Positions 1 through 14,130 are shown, numbered from the stretch's first letter. The stretch: 64,000 bases of DNA from Octopus vulgaris (GCA_951406725.2 OX597842.1:14384001-14448000); one strand, 5' to 3'. Made by a program: numbers and translations. Notes: generated by a model not told the origin, from the letters alone.

Positions 1-356
1 TAAGAATATGTATGTGCATATGTGAGTCTACGAATGTATGTATATGTGTCTATGCATGTGCGCGTGTGTGTGTGTGTAATGTAAACCCTACACATAATCC
101 GTTCTGTTATCTAATCACTTCGACAAATGCTAAATCCTGACAACAGTTATAGCAGTAAACGTTCTGTGTGTATGTCTGTGTATTATATCTATATGTGTGC
201 ACGCATATATTTATGTATATGTGTGTTTGTAGCCGTGCCATGTTCTCACTGCAGGTAAATAAAGGAAAATAATTGGATACGCACATACACACACATATTT
301 ATATGTAAATATGCAGATACCATATATGTAATGTATAACATACATACATCTGTATG

Positions 357-451
<95 letters not shown>

Positions 452-515
452 GTGTGTATATATAAATATATATGTATGCATGTATATATGTATGTATGTA
501 TATATACATATATAC

Positions 516-678
516 AGGCGCAGGAGTGGCTGTGTGGTAAGTAGCTTACTTACGAACCACATGCTTCCTGGTTCAGTCCCACTGCTTGACACCTTGGGCA
601 AGTGTCTTCTACTACAACCTCTGCCTGACCAAAAACTTGTGAGTGGATTTGGTAGATGGAAACTAAAAGAAACTCGCC

Positions 679-734
<56 letters not shown>

Positions 735-900
735 GTGTGTGTGTGTGCATGTGTGTGTGTGTATGTTTGTGTATCTATGTTTGTCCTCCCAACATCGTGT
801 GGCAACCGATTTTCGTGTGTCCTCGTAAATTAGCGGTTTGGCAAAGGACACCCATAGAATAAAGCATGGCCGCAGTCAAATGACTGAAACAAATAAAAGC
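516..900 (+). mobile_element. tRNA-derived SINE family A (internal TA/TG microsatellite)
   Basis: AGGCGCAGGAGTGGCTGTGTGG head, GGTTCAGTCCC B-box-like motif, CAGTCAAATGACTGAAACAA tail; same family at 2697 and 45645. Confidence 0.8.
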
Positions 901-959
901 CGTCAGTATAGCATATATATATATATGCGATTGGTAGATAGAAACTGAATGAAACCCTT

Positions 960-1020
<61 letters not shown>

Positions 1021-2225
1021 TACACAAAGGGTTTCATTCAGTTTCTATCTACCAATCGGCACTGACGGCTGTAGTTGGCCACAACTATAAATGAAGAGAA
1101 TTGCTAGATGTGGGGTTGAAACAGGAATCATTTGGTTGTGAAACAAACTTCTTACCACACCGGCACATTTGGAAGCACATAATCGTTGATCGAGCAGACA
1201 TGATCACAAACATTCCATCCACGACCATCTTGATGATTTGCATGAATTTAGAATTACATTATGTAATTTGTAATACGATATATGTCTAAGGTGAGATTCG
1301 GGCTAAAATGTGGCTGCTATTTCTTGTAGATCAATTGAACCCCAGAAATCCAATCGTTACATGCTTCTCTATATGTTTGTGTGTGCGCGTGTATGCCCAT
1401 GTGTGTGTGTGTGTTTATGCGCGCGTGCGTCTTGTGTGTGTGTCCTGTTCTGCTTGTAAGAAAAGCTTTTTGTCAGCGTTGTAAATTTAATCTCGCAAAA
1501 GCGACGAAGTGTTTTATCTGGAAATTAGGTCAAGTGTTTATGACATTCCTATTGAGTTGCATGGTTGCCATGGTATGTACAAGCGGGGGAGGCCATTGCC
1601 GCTCCTAAGAGAAGTCGTTATGTAAATAATGTCAATAGAAAAGCGATACGATAATTCAATATTTGAAGTGGTGTGCAAAGTTGTTTGGATGTCAGTGGCT
1701 TATTTGGTGAACGTGAGTTCATTTCCCGGTAAAGCATTGTGTCCTTGAGTAAGACTCTTTATTTATGCGTTGAAGACAAAATAAGTTTTCACGTGTTTGA
1801 AGCGCGGAACTTCAGGAGCAATTAACATGCGTTCGTGTGTGTGTGTGTGTGTGTATCACGTTCTCTCTATCTTGGTAGTCATGGTGCAATACTAATAAAA
1901 GACCGCTTAAAAAATATATCAATTTATTTGAAAGCTAGCAAAAGCAAAATGCTGTAAATAAAATGTTGGTAGAAGAGGAGTGTGAGAAAATAAATACAGA
2001 ATGAAAGAAAGAAGATTAATTTAAGCCACAGCACAGGAATTTATGACATGGCAGCCATGAAAACAGCTTTATGGTGGTGACATCTAGTGAATAAATGGGT
2101 GCGTAGCAATGGGATTTGGGAAATAATCCCAGGCACTCCTTTATAACTTTCATGGGTTGTTAAGGAAAGTATGAACCCACTCTCTTATATGTATGTACAG
2201 GTGCGAGTATATTTATATATGTATG

Positions 2226-2274
<49 letters not shown>

Positions 2275-2696
2275 ATAGAAATATGTAATATGTGAATATA
2301 GAGGTGTGCATGTGCACATATTTTTGTGTGTATATACACTTATGTTGACATATATGCGTCTGCGCGCGTCTCGATGTGTACCAAAAATAAGAATGGACTT
2401 GAATATATCATCGTATCTGTCTCTGTATACATATACATACATTGCTTTTAATTGCGTTAATCATTTGACTGTGACCAGACTGGAGCAACACTTTGAAGGT
2501 TTGACTGGAGCAAATCAATGTAACTACTTATTTCTAATCCTGGTTCTTATCCCCACGGTTCTGTTTTTACTAAACATATCGGTACGGGGACGTAAACAAA
2601 CTAATGTCGATGGCCAAGCAGTGGTGGAGGACAAAAGACAGTCTACTTTCAGATGCTGTCAACCAAATTCCTCTGAAGTCATTAGCTCGGGTCCAT

Positions 2697-2859
2697 AGGC
2701 GCAGGAGTGGCTGTGTAAGTAGCTTGTTTACCAACCACATGGTTCCGGGTTCAGTCCCAATGCGTGGCACCTTAGGCAAGTGTCTTCTACTATAGCCTCG
2801 GGTCGACCAAAGCCTTGTGAGTGGATTTGGTAGACGGAAACTGAAAGAAGCCCGTCGTA

Positions 2860-2898
<39 letters not shown>

Positions 2899-3105
2899 GC
2901 GTGTGTGTGTCTGTCCCCCTAGCATTGCTTGACAACCGATGCTGGTGTGTTTATGTCCCCATTACTTAGCGGTTCAGCAAAAGTGACCGATAGAATAAGT
3001 ACTGGGGTTTCAAAAGAATAAGTCCCGGGGTTGAGTTGCTTGATTAAAGGCGGTGCTCCAGTATGGCCGCAGTCAAATGACTGAAACAAGTAAAAGAGTA
3101 AAGAG
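2697..3105 (+). mobile_element. SINE family A, full length
   Basis: Complete head-microsatellite-body-tail colinear with the copies at 516 and 45645. Confidence 0.85.
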
Positions 3106-4124
3106 AGAGAGAGAGAGAGTAGAAGACCCTTGACCAAGTTATAACACCGAGGAACTGAACCTGGAACCATGTGAAATGAACTCCTTGCAGATCGATATAT
3201 TTGACTAATTTTCATCACAGATTCTTAACTGGCAAATAGCAAAAGAAAACACGAAAACCTAAAGAAATGTTTATCATTTAGTGCTGAAAATATGCATTGT
3301 ATGAAAACGAACAATATTTTGTCTGCTCAAAAATTTAAGGCCATGAAAATAAAACAATTAAATTTTGTATAAACTATAAAAATTCTGGCATTTATGTTCA
3401 AGCTTTCACTGTGTCAGCAATTGCTAGTTACGCCCTGTATTTCACACCAACAATGGACAAAGCAAAAATATCGACAGATTTTGAACATGGTAGAATTGCA
3501 GAGGTCCAGAAGTAAGGTCTTTCACAACAAGCTATCAGCAAAACCGAAATCCTTAAAAGACCCTCAAGCATATGGATTGAAAAAAATCGACCTGTTGGCC
3601 AAAGAAAGTTTCACCAGCGTTGATTACAAGGATTGAACGGGAAGTCAGGAATGACACCAGCCGGTCGTCAAACCAGATAAAGGTAATTACGTATGCAGAA
3701 TGTACCCTAAGGACGATACGATGGCATTTGAGATAGACACATACGAACACCCCTGCGCAGTGTTCAACTCACTGCTTACACCACACACCATTATGCACAC
3801 ACCCACACACACTCAATGCACTAACGCACACACATGTGCACATACATGCTTGCACACCTTACTTCAAAAGGGTCACCGTTAATAACACTTTTTCACTAAG
3901 CCCCTATCTTCTGGTCATTTCATTATGTTGAACTGTTATTCGGTACACATTTTCTCTCCTTTTCTTTTCGTTCTTTCCCCATATTTTCCTCTCAATCTAT
4001 TCTCTCGAAGACTGTAGGCTTGAATCATCAAAGACTTTGCCATTTTTTTCCCAAGCACCAAACTAATTCACCTGCCTGTTGTGCCTTCACCTGTCTTCGT
4101 CTTTTGTTTTCTGTACATTGAAGA

Positions 4125-4149
<25 letters not shown>

Positions 4150-4156
<7 letters not shown>

Positions 4157-4359
4157 GTGCATGTCTGTCCTCATTTCATCACTTGCCAATCACTGTTTGT
4201 GTGTTTACGTCCCCGTAACCTAGTGGTTCGGCAAAAGACCTGATAGAATATGTACCAGACTTTCAAAGAATAAGACCTGGGGTTGATTTTCTTTGACTAA
4301 AAGGCGGTGCTCCAGCATGGCTTCAGTCAAATGGCTGAAACATATAAAAGAATAAAAGA

Positions 4360-4448
<89 letters not shown>

Positions 4449-4518
4449 CAACGGGCTTCTTTCAGTTTCCATCTTCCAAATCCACTCACAAGGCTTTGGT
4501 CGGCCCGGGGCTATAGTA
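4150..4518. mobile_element. SINE family A pieces (3' half plus strand, 5' half minus strand)
   Basis: GTGTTTACGTCCCCGTAAC...GGCGGTGCTCCAGCATGG on plus; TTCAGTTTCC...AAGGCTTTGGTCGG on minus. Confidence 0.7.
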
Positions 4519-5104
4519 GAGCAAACATACAGGAAGGAAGGAAGAAGACGAGAAACAGTTAAAAAAAACAGCAAATTCTTCTGGCTGTCCTATTACTCCT
4601 GGCCAACTTGGTAATCCTTCTGGCAAGGGCACAAAACAGTCACAAAAATGAAGAACAATTTTAGGAGGGATACGCCCCACCAAACACACTTCCCACCGTT
4701 AAGTGAGACTTCACACACACATGCAGAGAATTTGCCAGGAACTCTGTGGAGATTTCTTGTTCGACGAATATAAATAAACACGCGCAACAAACCCCCACTA
4801 AATCCCCCCAAAACAAATGTCTTACCTGGTAGCTGTGCTTCCATAATTCACGACGTTGGTATACAAAGGCGTGACAAGAAGAACCCGTCCACACAGTAAT
4901 GAGGTAAGTAAGCTTCTTCCCACACAGGGTGAGTCATTATTAACACACACACGGGTTCAGTTCCACCCCTTTATTATTAGTCAATATTAAATTCATGTTT
5001 TCAAAATATTTCCTTTCCCAAGATTAACAAGTTTTCACATATTTCGTCGATGTACGAAATGTAAACAACGTCAACGCACGAACACACACATACCAGTATA
5101 TATT

Positions 5105-5450
5105 TGTTTATTACCCACAAGGGGCTAAACATAGAGGGGACAAACAAGGACAGAGAAACGGGTGAAAGGATGAAAGGCAAAGTCGACCTCGGCGGATTTG
5201 AACTCAGAATGTACCGGCAGACGAAATACCTATTTCTTTATTACCCACAGAGGGGACAAACAAGGACAGACCAAGGGATTAAGTCGATTACATCGACCCC
5301 AGTGTGTAACAGATACTTTTAATTTATCGACCCCGAAAGGATGAAAGGCAAAGTCGACCTCGGCGGAATTTGAACTCAGAACGTAACGGCAAACGAAATA
5401 CCGCTAAGCATTTCGCCCGGCGTGCTAACGTTTCTGCGAGCCCGCCGCCT
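5105..5450 (-). mobile_element. tRNA-derived SINE family B with internal duplication
   Basis: GGCGGCGGGCTCGCAGAAACGTTAGCACGCCGGGCGAAATGCTTAGC...GAGTTCAAATTCCGCCGAGGTCGAC; related pieces near 14230, 38955 and 40700. Confidence 0.8.
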
Positions 5451-6016
5451 ATACACACTCACACACACAAGTATATGCACGCACATCCATAGGTGTACGT
5501 AAATATGTTTGCGTATCTATGAGTGTACACACATACACCCACATAAAGATAAATATAATTGAAAATTTGCTGGACCGATTTTTATGAAGTTTGGTAAATG
5601 AATGAAATAAGAAGACGTCATTGAATTTAGAAACAACAAAAATGAATTACATGTGACGGGATTTATTGTGGATTTTTTAGATATTTTACTTCAGAACATT
5701 CAGTATGATGCGTAGAAGACAACATAATATTTTTCAATCATCTGATGCCCGACGCTCCAGAAGTGGGAGGGCCATGGAAAGAGGCAGGACAGGCACCAAT
5801 GCCAAAGAAATGCCGTGGTGACACAACAGTAACGAGAAATAAAACTCCGGTTTCAAACGACGAGGCAAGTCCACCTGTTGTGACACGAAACACCAGAGGA
5901 GAAACGAGAGGGGTTGGAGTCTCAAGCCATTAGAAAAGATATACATACATAATACATAATACAGGTACTACTTAAGAAGAGTGGTCCCCGTGCGCGTACT
6001 TCCGCATTCGCGCATT

Positions 6017-6256
6017 AATTAATTAATGTATGTATGTATGTAGGTACTACTTTAGAAGAGTGGTCCCGGTGCGTGCACTCGCGCATCCGCGCTAGCTAGT
6101 CGTAACTAGTCGATCCTACAACGACTACCTAGCAAAGTAAATAAAACACAAAGTAAGGATCGACTAGTCACGACTAGCTAGCGCGGATGCGCGAGTGCAC
6201 GCACCGGGACCACTCTTCTAAAGTAGTACCTACATACATACATACATTAATTAATT
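6017..6256. repeat. Long near-perfect inverted repeat (foldback)
   Basis: Arm 6017-6119 is the reverse complement of 6153-6256 with about 2 differences; ~33 nt spacer. Confidence 0.9.
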
Positions 6257-6355
6257 CATTCATTCATACATTAATTGATAAATTAATTCTATCTTAACTT
6301 ATAAGAGTCGAAAAATCTTTTCTTTACCGCAAGGCAAAATATTTTCAGCTGTGGA

Positions 6356-6460
6356 AGTCTTTAATAATCCGTTCCAGTCTTTAATAATCCGTTCCAGTCT
6401 TTAATAATCCGTTCCAGTCTTTAATAATCCGTTCCAGTCTTTAATAATCCGTTCCAGTCT
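6356..6460. repeat. Perfect 20-bp minisatellite, 5 copies
   Basis: (TTAATAATCCGTTCCAGTCT)x5. Confidence 0.95.
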
Positions 6461-7001
6461 GTTCTGGTTCGCGAGAATGAATAAATTGTATTCAATTACA
6501 TAATTAAATATAGTTTAACTTTAGCAGGAGATGCGTTATGGCAGTCATTGCTTTTTTTCTTCTTCTTTATCTGTTTATTCTTTGTATCTCCTTTCATTAT
6601 TCTCTCTCTCAATATCCTGCCACTCCTTCATTTACGCGAATTTCTGAAATCTGTTTATCTATTTAAGCTGAATGGTGTTTGCACTATTTACCTGCTCAAA
6701 GTCTAATTCAGTTCATTTGGTGTGACCTAAACTTTTCATAATTGTTTGAAAACCTGTGAGAGAGAAAGATAGAGGCCCACGTATGTCGATTAAACCCATT
6801 GAAATCTCTTTGTATCTCGTGACTAATAAAAGCACTTCACCTTTTATTGCTAAATGTGTGTTGTCTGTTTTAATGGCCAACGCCTATGTAGTAACATATA
6901 TATATATATGTGTGTGTGTGTGTATATATATGTATGTGTGTGTGTGTGTGTGTGTGTATACTACGGGTTTATATATTTATATGTATATATATATATATAG
7001 A

Positions 7002-7032
<31 letters not shown>

Positions 7033-7064
7033 GACGGGCTTCTTATATATATATGCGTATGTGT

Positions 7065-7096
<32 letters not shown>

Positions 7097-7127
7097 GTTT
7101 GTGTGTGTACACACACACATATATACA

Positions 7128-7178
<51 letters not shown>

Positions 7179-7358
7179 GTATATATATATCTATATATAT
7201 ATATATATATATATTGTATCTTTTCATTTATCTTGCTCTTTTACCTTCTGGTGTTTGGTAAATTTTCTTGATAACATTCCTTTCTTAGTGGTAAGACCAT
7301 AGCGGATCTACTTCTAGCATAATGGATGTCCACTTACAGGTCATCCAACTTATATGTT

Positions 7359-7408
<50 letters not shown>

Positions 7409-7422
7409 TATATATATATATG

Positions 7423-7517
<95 letters not shown>

Positions 7518-8096
7518 CCTCTTCGAGGTCAGACATCATCTTATTTCTTCCTGAATGAGAGAAAGGGGCCAACGGAAAGATAAAGTTGGAGAAAAGGAAG
7601 CATCAACCCCAGAACTGGATCTTGAAACCCTGAAACGAAGGAAGAAGATGTTGATGGGATTTGAACTGAGAAAGCAGAGAGTTGGAAGGATTAGCACAAA
7701 GTAACTTATCGAACATTCTAAGGCTCTGCATAACCCCCCAACACACACGTATTTGTCTGTCTGTCTGTCTGTCGCTATTAACTTGCTATACATTAATCTT
7801 TCATAAATATTTTCTGTCGTTAATTAGTTTGAAATTATATCATTAAATTCCCATTAATTTGGGGTTTGTATTTTGTTGACAAAGTTAGTGTGAATTAGGT
7901 CAAAAGGCTTCATGTTGTTATTGCTGTCGGTGGCGGCGGTGCACACTGTTTCAATTTCTTTATGTGCCGCTATGTGTGACTGTGCATGCGTGTATATAAT
8001 ACTTTAGGAGTGTGTGTGCGCATGTGCTTGTGGGTGATGTACGACTGTCTTTGTGCGTATATGTATATATACAAATAAACACTTGTATACATATAT

Positions 8097-8194
<98 letters not shown>

Positions 8195-8231
8195 ATTCAG
8201 CTCTGTGGTTCTTAAGGCTAATAAAGGTTAG

Positions 8232-8269
<38 letters not shown>

Positions 8270-8276
8270 TATAATT

Positions 8277-8400
8277 CCACTCTCAAGGCTTTGGTTGGTC
8301 CGAGGCTTTAGTAGAAGACGCTTACCCAAGGTGCCACGCAGTGGGACTGGACCCAGAACCATTTGGTTGGAAAGCAAGCTACTTACCACACGGCCACTAC
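8277..8400 (-). mobile_element. SINE family A 5' fragment
   Basis: Reverse complement of the head GTGGCCGTGTGGTAAGTAGCTTGCTT...CCCACTGCGTGGCACCTTGGG. Confidence 0.75.
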
Positions 8401-9239
8401 GTATGTACACATATATATATGTGTTTATGTATATTTGTATTGCTGTGTATGTATCTATTTGCTTGTGTGTATGGATGTATATATATATATATGTTCGTGT
8501 ATCTATGTGCAGGTATGTATAAATGTATATATGTACTTAACGTAATGTATGTATCCTAGTGGTTCTCTCAGTATTTCGTTGATCGCAGATAACATGTTGG
8601 GCGATTATTCGGTACCAGTAACATAACTGTCACTTGGGTTTATTTACATTTCTGAAGAAAAAAGATACCCTTCCCCCACCACTAACCCAAAACCCTAACC
8701 CCACATATATAACAAAAAATAAAAATTTTACGGAAAGTGTCGGTCTTCTTCTCACGTGACCAGCTGTAAGTTTCACTTTCTAGAGTTTGGATGAAGCCTT
8801 ATGGCAAATTATTGGCCGAGAGAAATAGAAACTGTATATTTACTAACAATCGTGTCTACAAGGAGGTTCTACTCGACAGCAAAATATGCCTTTTAAGTAA
8901 GTTTCACAAAATTGAATTTTATTTTTCATTTTTTTTTCTTGAAAATTCCAGTTTAAACTGTTTATGTAACAATATCGAACATTTCTCCACGTCACTCATT
9001 CGTTTTTCCTTTCACATCTGACCATTTCGTCTTTTAAATTTCCGATTCTTACTCTTTAACTTCGCTCTTCTCTGCAATCGTCACACAACCACTGTTGCTG
9101 CTGCACATGCTAGAAACAACTGCCAAATCTCACATAAAGAACGATAAAGTATAAAACCATTTCATTAATTTTTTTTAAAATTTCTTAAAAATGAATTTCA
9201 TTTCAATTTTGTCAATTTTTACTGAATTCAATCATTCGG

Positions 9240-9640
9240 CTACGGCTAAGCTGGGGCACAGCTTTGTAAAATTTAATCGAATGAATCACCCCAGTAATTT
9301 TATTTAATGTATTTTACGCATGGTACTCCGTCTACCGGTGTCTTTTGCCAAACGGTTAATCTAAGGGGACGTAAACACACAAACACTGTTTGTGAAGCAG
9401 TGGGTAATTGTGAAACGCAAACACAAAAACGCACACATACACACTCACACACGTGTGTGTGTGTGTGTGTGGTGTGTGTACGACGAGCATCTTTCAGTTT
9501 CTATCTACCAAATCTACTCACAAGTCTTTGGTCGAATCGAAGGTATATAACAGAAGACATTTGGACAAGGCGCCAGGCAGAGATACCGAACCTGGAACCA
9601 TACGGTTGGGAACCAACTTTTTTACTGTAAAGCCCCGTCT
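9240..9640 (-). mobile_element. SINE family A, diverged
   Basis: GGGGACGTAAACAC and TTCAGTTTCTATCTACCAAAT segments in reverse orientation. Confidence 0.65.
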
Positions 9641-10939
9641 GTAATTTTAGTTGATAAAACAAATAAAATCTTCGAATACATATTTCTGATAGTTGAACTT
9701 TCTGCTCCACATGTATTCATGGACAGAAGGAGGCGTGAAATATTTCACGCTATGGCTGTAATATCGTTTCTTTTAATTCAGCTGACATCCATCTCGATAA
9801 TCTTTTGTTTTAAGTATTCACGCGCTGAAAGAATGAATACAGAAAAATCTGCAAACCAAATAAGTTAAATGTGATTTCTTTTCAAAGTGAAATATATTCC
9901 AAAATTGCTAATTGATTTAAGATATGGCTGAGGGTACTCTGCCTGTTGTTTCTAGCTCAAAGAAGGTCGCATCTATGGAGAGAGAAGGAACGTGTCTCCA
10001 TGGACTTCACCATCTGCATTCAGGATGGGAATAAGAAGACAACAAACTGAAAAGCAAAAACAATGTCAATATGAGGTAGCTGGCTGTTATTTCTAGCATG
10101 ATGCAAGGCCAAGCTTAGGCGAATATCCTTAACGTTCTCTGACGCGTCATCAGAGCGAACGATTCGTACGAAACTTGTTTAAACAGATGAATTAAGTCTG
10201 ACCCTCTTCTAAGTGCTGTGTATTGCGTCGCCGAATGGAAGCTTGGCCGCATCCACAAAGGGAAAAAGGATGAAGAAACGCGAATGCGCGTTGACTTGTG
10301 ATTTCAGTTGCTGCAGCAGCCAACCTATGATTTGTATTGAGATGTAAGTGTGAACGATTGGAACCAAATGCAGCTGAAAGGCACGAGGAATTCTGAAACT
10401 TTGATTATTGCGCCGAATCGATGTATTTAATTATTTAATTAATGATTAATTACATACTTACTCTATGTATGTGTGTCCGCGCGTGTGTGTGCTTACATTT
10501 TACTAAACCCCCATGGCTTCACGACCAGTGTTTGGTTGTTTACGTCCCTGTAGATTAGTCGTTTGGCAAAAGTTACCGACAGAAGTATTATGCACGCACG
10601 TACACACACGCACGCACACACACACACACACACAAACATATGCTGGAGTAGTCCCTTCAATTGAAATTCCTGAAAAGTTTACCCCAGCCTGGCCGCTGTG
10701 CAATGACTGAACCCAGTAAAAAAGCGTAAGGTCTCAATGAAACACTCCTTTCTTCTTCCCTAAACATATTCGCCAATTTCTAAACACTTCAATGAATTAT
10801 TTACATTAAAACAGATTTGGAAATCTTCACAGATTTTATTTAACAAAACAGAACCTGATACAGTTTCATGCAAAAAGGGATGTAATAAGAGTTATTATCC
10901 TTACCGTTCGCTCCTCCCATCTAATTATCTAATTCACCA

Positions 10940-12431
10940 TGACTCCACCCAATTCATTTATTACCTCCTACCCTTCCTCTATTTGCAAATATATTCATCG
11001 TTCTCTCTCTCTCTCTCGCTCCTTCTTTCTTTGTCTCTCTATCTCTTTCTATTCTCTCATCTCATTATTTATTACAGAATCCGCCCACTCTCTTGTTTTC
11101 TGTCTTGACCCCGCCCCCCGTTCTCTACCTTACTAAACCCATATAGCGTTTTGTTTCAATCCCCCCCTCTCTCTCTCATTCATCTCTTCTCTTTCTCTCC
11201 CTCCTTTACTCTATATATCTTTCTATATCATTCCGTCACTCCCACTTTCTCTCTCTTACCTCATGCTCTCTTTCTCTCTCTCTCAGTCGTTCTTTCTCTC
11301 TCTCTCTCCCTCCCTCACTTACTCTATTTATCTTTCTATATCACTCCATCACTCCCTCCTTCTCTCTCTTACCTCATGCTCTTTTTCTCTCTCCCTCCCT
11401 TTCTCTCTCGTCTACCAAAACACGTAAATCATCTTCTCCCTCTTTGTCTCCTTTCTCTCAGCCTCTCATTATATATTCATTTTGAACACACCTCCGCCTT
11501 CCTTTCTATATTACCTCATTCTCTCCTCTTGCTTCAAATATATATCAGTCTCTCTCTCTCTCCCTGTTTCTCTCTCTCTTTCTGCTTCTCTCACTCTCTC
11601 TCTCTCTCTTTCTCCCCATCTAGTTCTTCCTCATATTTTCTCTCTCCTTCACTCTCGCATTCTCTCTCTCTCTCTCTCCCCATTATATATTAACATTTCG
11701 CCTTTTTCTCTTCGTCTCTCAACTCATACTTTCCCTCTCTACTCAAAACGTTTTGTTCTAATTCGCTCTTCCTCTCTTCCTCCCCCTCTCCCTCTTTCTC
11801 CCTCTCTCATCTCACCCTCCATTGCAGAATCACTTCAGCCTTTCTTTCTTCTTTCCTTTATCTCTTTCTTCCTTCCTTCCTTTCTTCTTTTCCTTCTTTC
11901 TTTCTTTCTTTCTCCCTTCCTTCCTTCATTTCTTTCCCTCTTTCTTTCGTTCTCCATCCTTTTTCTCTTTTTGTCTTTCTTTCGTTCTTTCATTTCTCTC
12001 TTTCTTTCTTTTCTCCTTTATTTGTTTCCTACTTTCTTTCCTTTTTCTTCATTCCTTTCTTTCTCTCTTTATTTCTTTCCGGCTTTCTTTCCTCCTTTCT
12101 GTCTTAATTTCTGTCTTTCTTCCTTCCTTCTTTACTTTCCTTCTTTCTTTCTTTCTTTTTTCCTTTCCCTTTTCCTTTCTCTCTGTCTTACTTTTTTCTT
12201 TCTTCCTTTATGTTTCCTACTTCCTTCCTTCCTTCCTTTCTTCCTTTCTATCTTTCTTTCTTTCTGTCTTTCTTCCTTCTTTTCTTTCTTTCATTCTTCC
12301 TTCCTTTCTTTCTTTCTTCCTTCCATACTTTCTTTCTGTTTTTCTTTCTTCCTTTCTTTCTTTCTTTCTTTCTTTCTTCCTTACTGTCTTTCTTTCTTTC
12401 TTTCTTCAAATCTTTCTTTCTTTCTGTCTTC

Positions 12432-12464
<33 letters not shown>

Positions 12465-14130
12465 TTACTGTCTTTCTTTCTGTCTGTCTTTCTTTCTTTC
12501 TTCAATTCTGTCTTTCATTATGTCTTTCTTTCTTCCTTTCTCCTTTTCTTTCTTTCCTTCTTTCTTTCTTCCTTTCTTCCTTCCTGTCTTTCTTTCTTTA
12601 TTTCTTTCTGTCTATCTTCCTTTCTTTAGTTCTCTCTTTCCTTCTTCTTTTCTTTCTTTCGTTCTTCCTTTCTTTCTTTCTTTCTGTCTATCTTCCATCC
12701 TTTCTTTCTTTCTTCTTTTCTTTCTTTCTTCGTTTCTTTCTGTCTTTCTTTCTTCCTTTCTTTCTTTCTTTCTTTCTTTCTTCCTCTCTATCTTTCTTCC
12801 TTTCTTTCTTTTTTCCTCTCTTTCTTTCTTCCTTTCTTTCTTTCTTTCTTCCTAGTTTTCTTCCTTTCTTTCTTTCTTTCTTTCTTTCTTCCTCTCTATC
12901 TTTCTTCCTTTCTTTCTTTTTTCGTCTCTTTCTTTCTTCCTTTCTTTCTTTCTTTCTTCCTTGTTTTCTTTCTTTCTGTCTTTCTTCCTTTCTTTTATTC
13001 TCTCTTTCTGTCTTTCTTTCTTTCTTTCTTTCTCTCTTTTCTTCTTCCTTTTTTCCTTTCTTTCTTTCTTTCTTTCTTTCTCTCTTTCAATCTCTCTTTC
13101 TTTCGTTCTTCCTTTCTTCCTTTCTTTCTGTCTTTCTTCCTTCCTCCCCTTCTTTCATTCCTTCTTCGTTTCTTTCTGTCTTTCTTCCTTCCTTCCTTTC
13201 TTTCTTTCATTCTTTCTTCGTTTCTTTGTGTCATTCTTTCTTCCTTTCTTCCGTTCTTTCTTTCTTTCTTTCTTTCTTCCTTCATTCCGTTCTTTCTTTC
13301 TATCTTTCCTTCTACCTTCTTTTTTTCTTTCTTTCTTTCTTCTTTTCTATCTTTCCTTCTTCCTTCCTTCCTTTCTTTCTTTCTTTCTTCCTTCCCTTCT
13401 TTCCTTCTTTCATTCGTTCTTTCTTTCTTTCTACCCTTCTTTCTTTCATTCTTCCCTTCTTTCTTTCTTCCTTCTTTTCTTTCTTCCTTCTTTTCTTTCT
13501 TCCTTTCATTCTTTCTTCCTTTCATTCTTTCTTCCTTTCTTTCTTTCCTTCTTCCTTTCTTTCTTCCTTTCAGTCTTTCTTCCTTTTCTCTTTTTCTTTC
13601 TGTACTTCCTTCTTTCTTTCTTTCTTTCTTCCCTCCTTCCTTTCTTTCTTTCTTTCTTCCTTTTTCTCTTTCTTTCTGTCTTTCTTTCTTTCTGTCCTTC
13701 TTCCTTCTACCTTTCTTTCTTTCTCCTTTTCTCTCTTTCCTTCTTCCTTCTTTCCTTCCTTTCTTTCGTTTCTTTCTTTCTTTCCCCCTTCCTTTCTTTC
13801 TTTCTTTCTTTCTTTCTTCCTTTCTTTCAGTCTTTCTTCCTTTCTTACTTTCTTTCTTCCTATCTTTCTTTCCTTCTGTCTTTCTTCCTTTCTTTCTTTC
13901 TGTCTGTCTTTCTTTCTTTCCTTCTTTGTTTGTTTGTTTCTTTCTTTCTTACTTTCTCTCATTCTTTCTTCATTTTTCTCTTTTTTCTTTCCTTCTTTCT
14001 TTCTTTCTGTCTTTCTTTCTTTCTTTCTTTCTTCCTTCAGTCTTTCTTTCTTTCTCTCATTCCTTCTTCCTTTTTTCTTTCTTTTCTTTCTTTCATTCGT
14101 TCTTTCTTTCTTTCTTTCTCTCTTTGCTTG
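10940..14130. repeat. ~3 kb polypyrimidine/polypurine tract, (CT)n grading into degenerate (TTTC/TTCC)n
   Basis: Plus strand is almost exclusively C/T from ~11830 to ~14125. Confidence 0.95.

Noticed and set aside
246-862. YIYI/THTH/VCVC ORFs here and throughout the window
   Set aside because: (TA)n and (CA)n microsatellite artefacts
6356-6460. Regular short repeats as a possible CRISPR array
   Set aside because: Contiguous identical 20-mers with no spacers, no cas genes, eukaryotic context
8680-8702. Telomere-like CCCTAA motifs
   Set aside because: Only two or three imperfect units inside a dispersed repeat; not an interstitial telomeric array
10125-10185. Possible hammerhead around CTCTGACGCGTCATCAGAG...CGAAAC
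   Set aside because: CTGATGA and GAAA lie on opposite strands; no consistent three-stem fold
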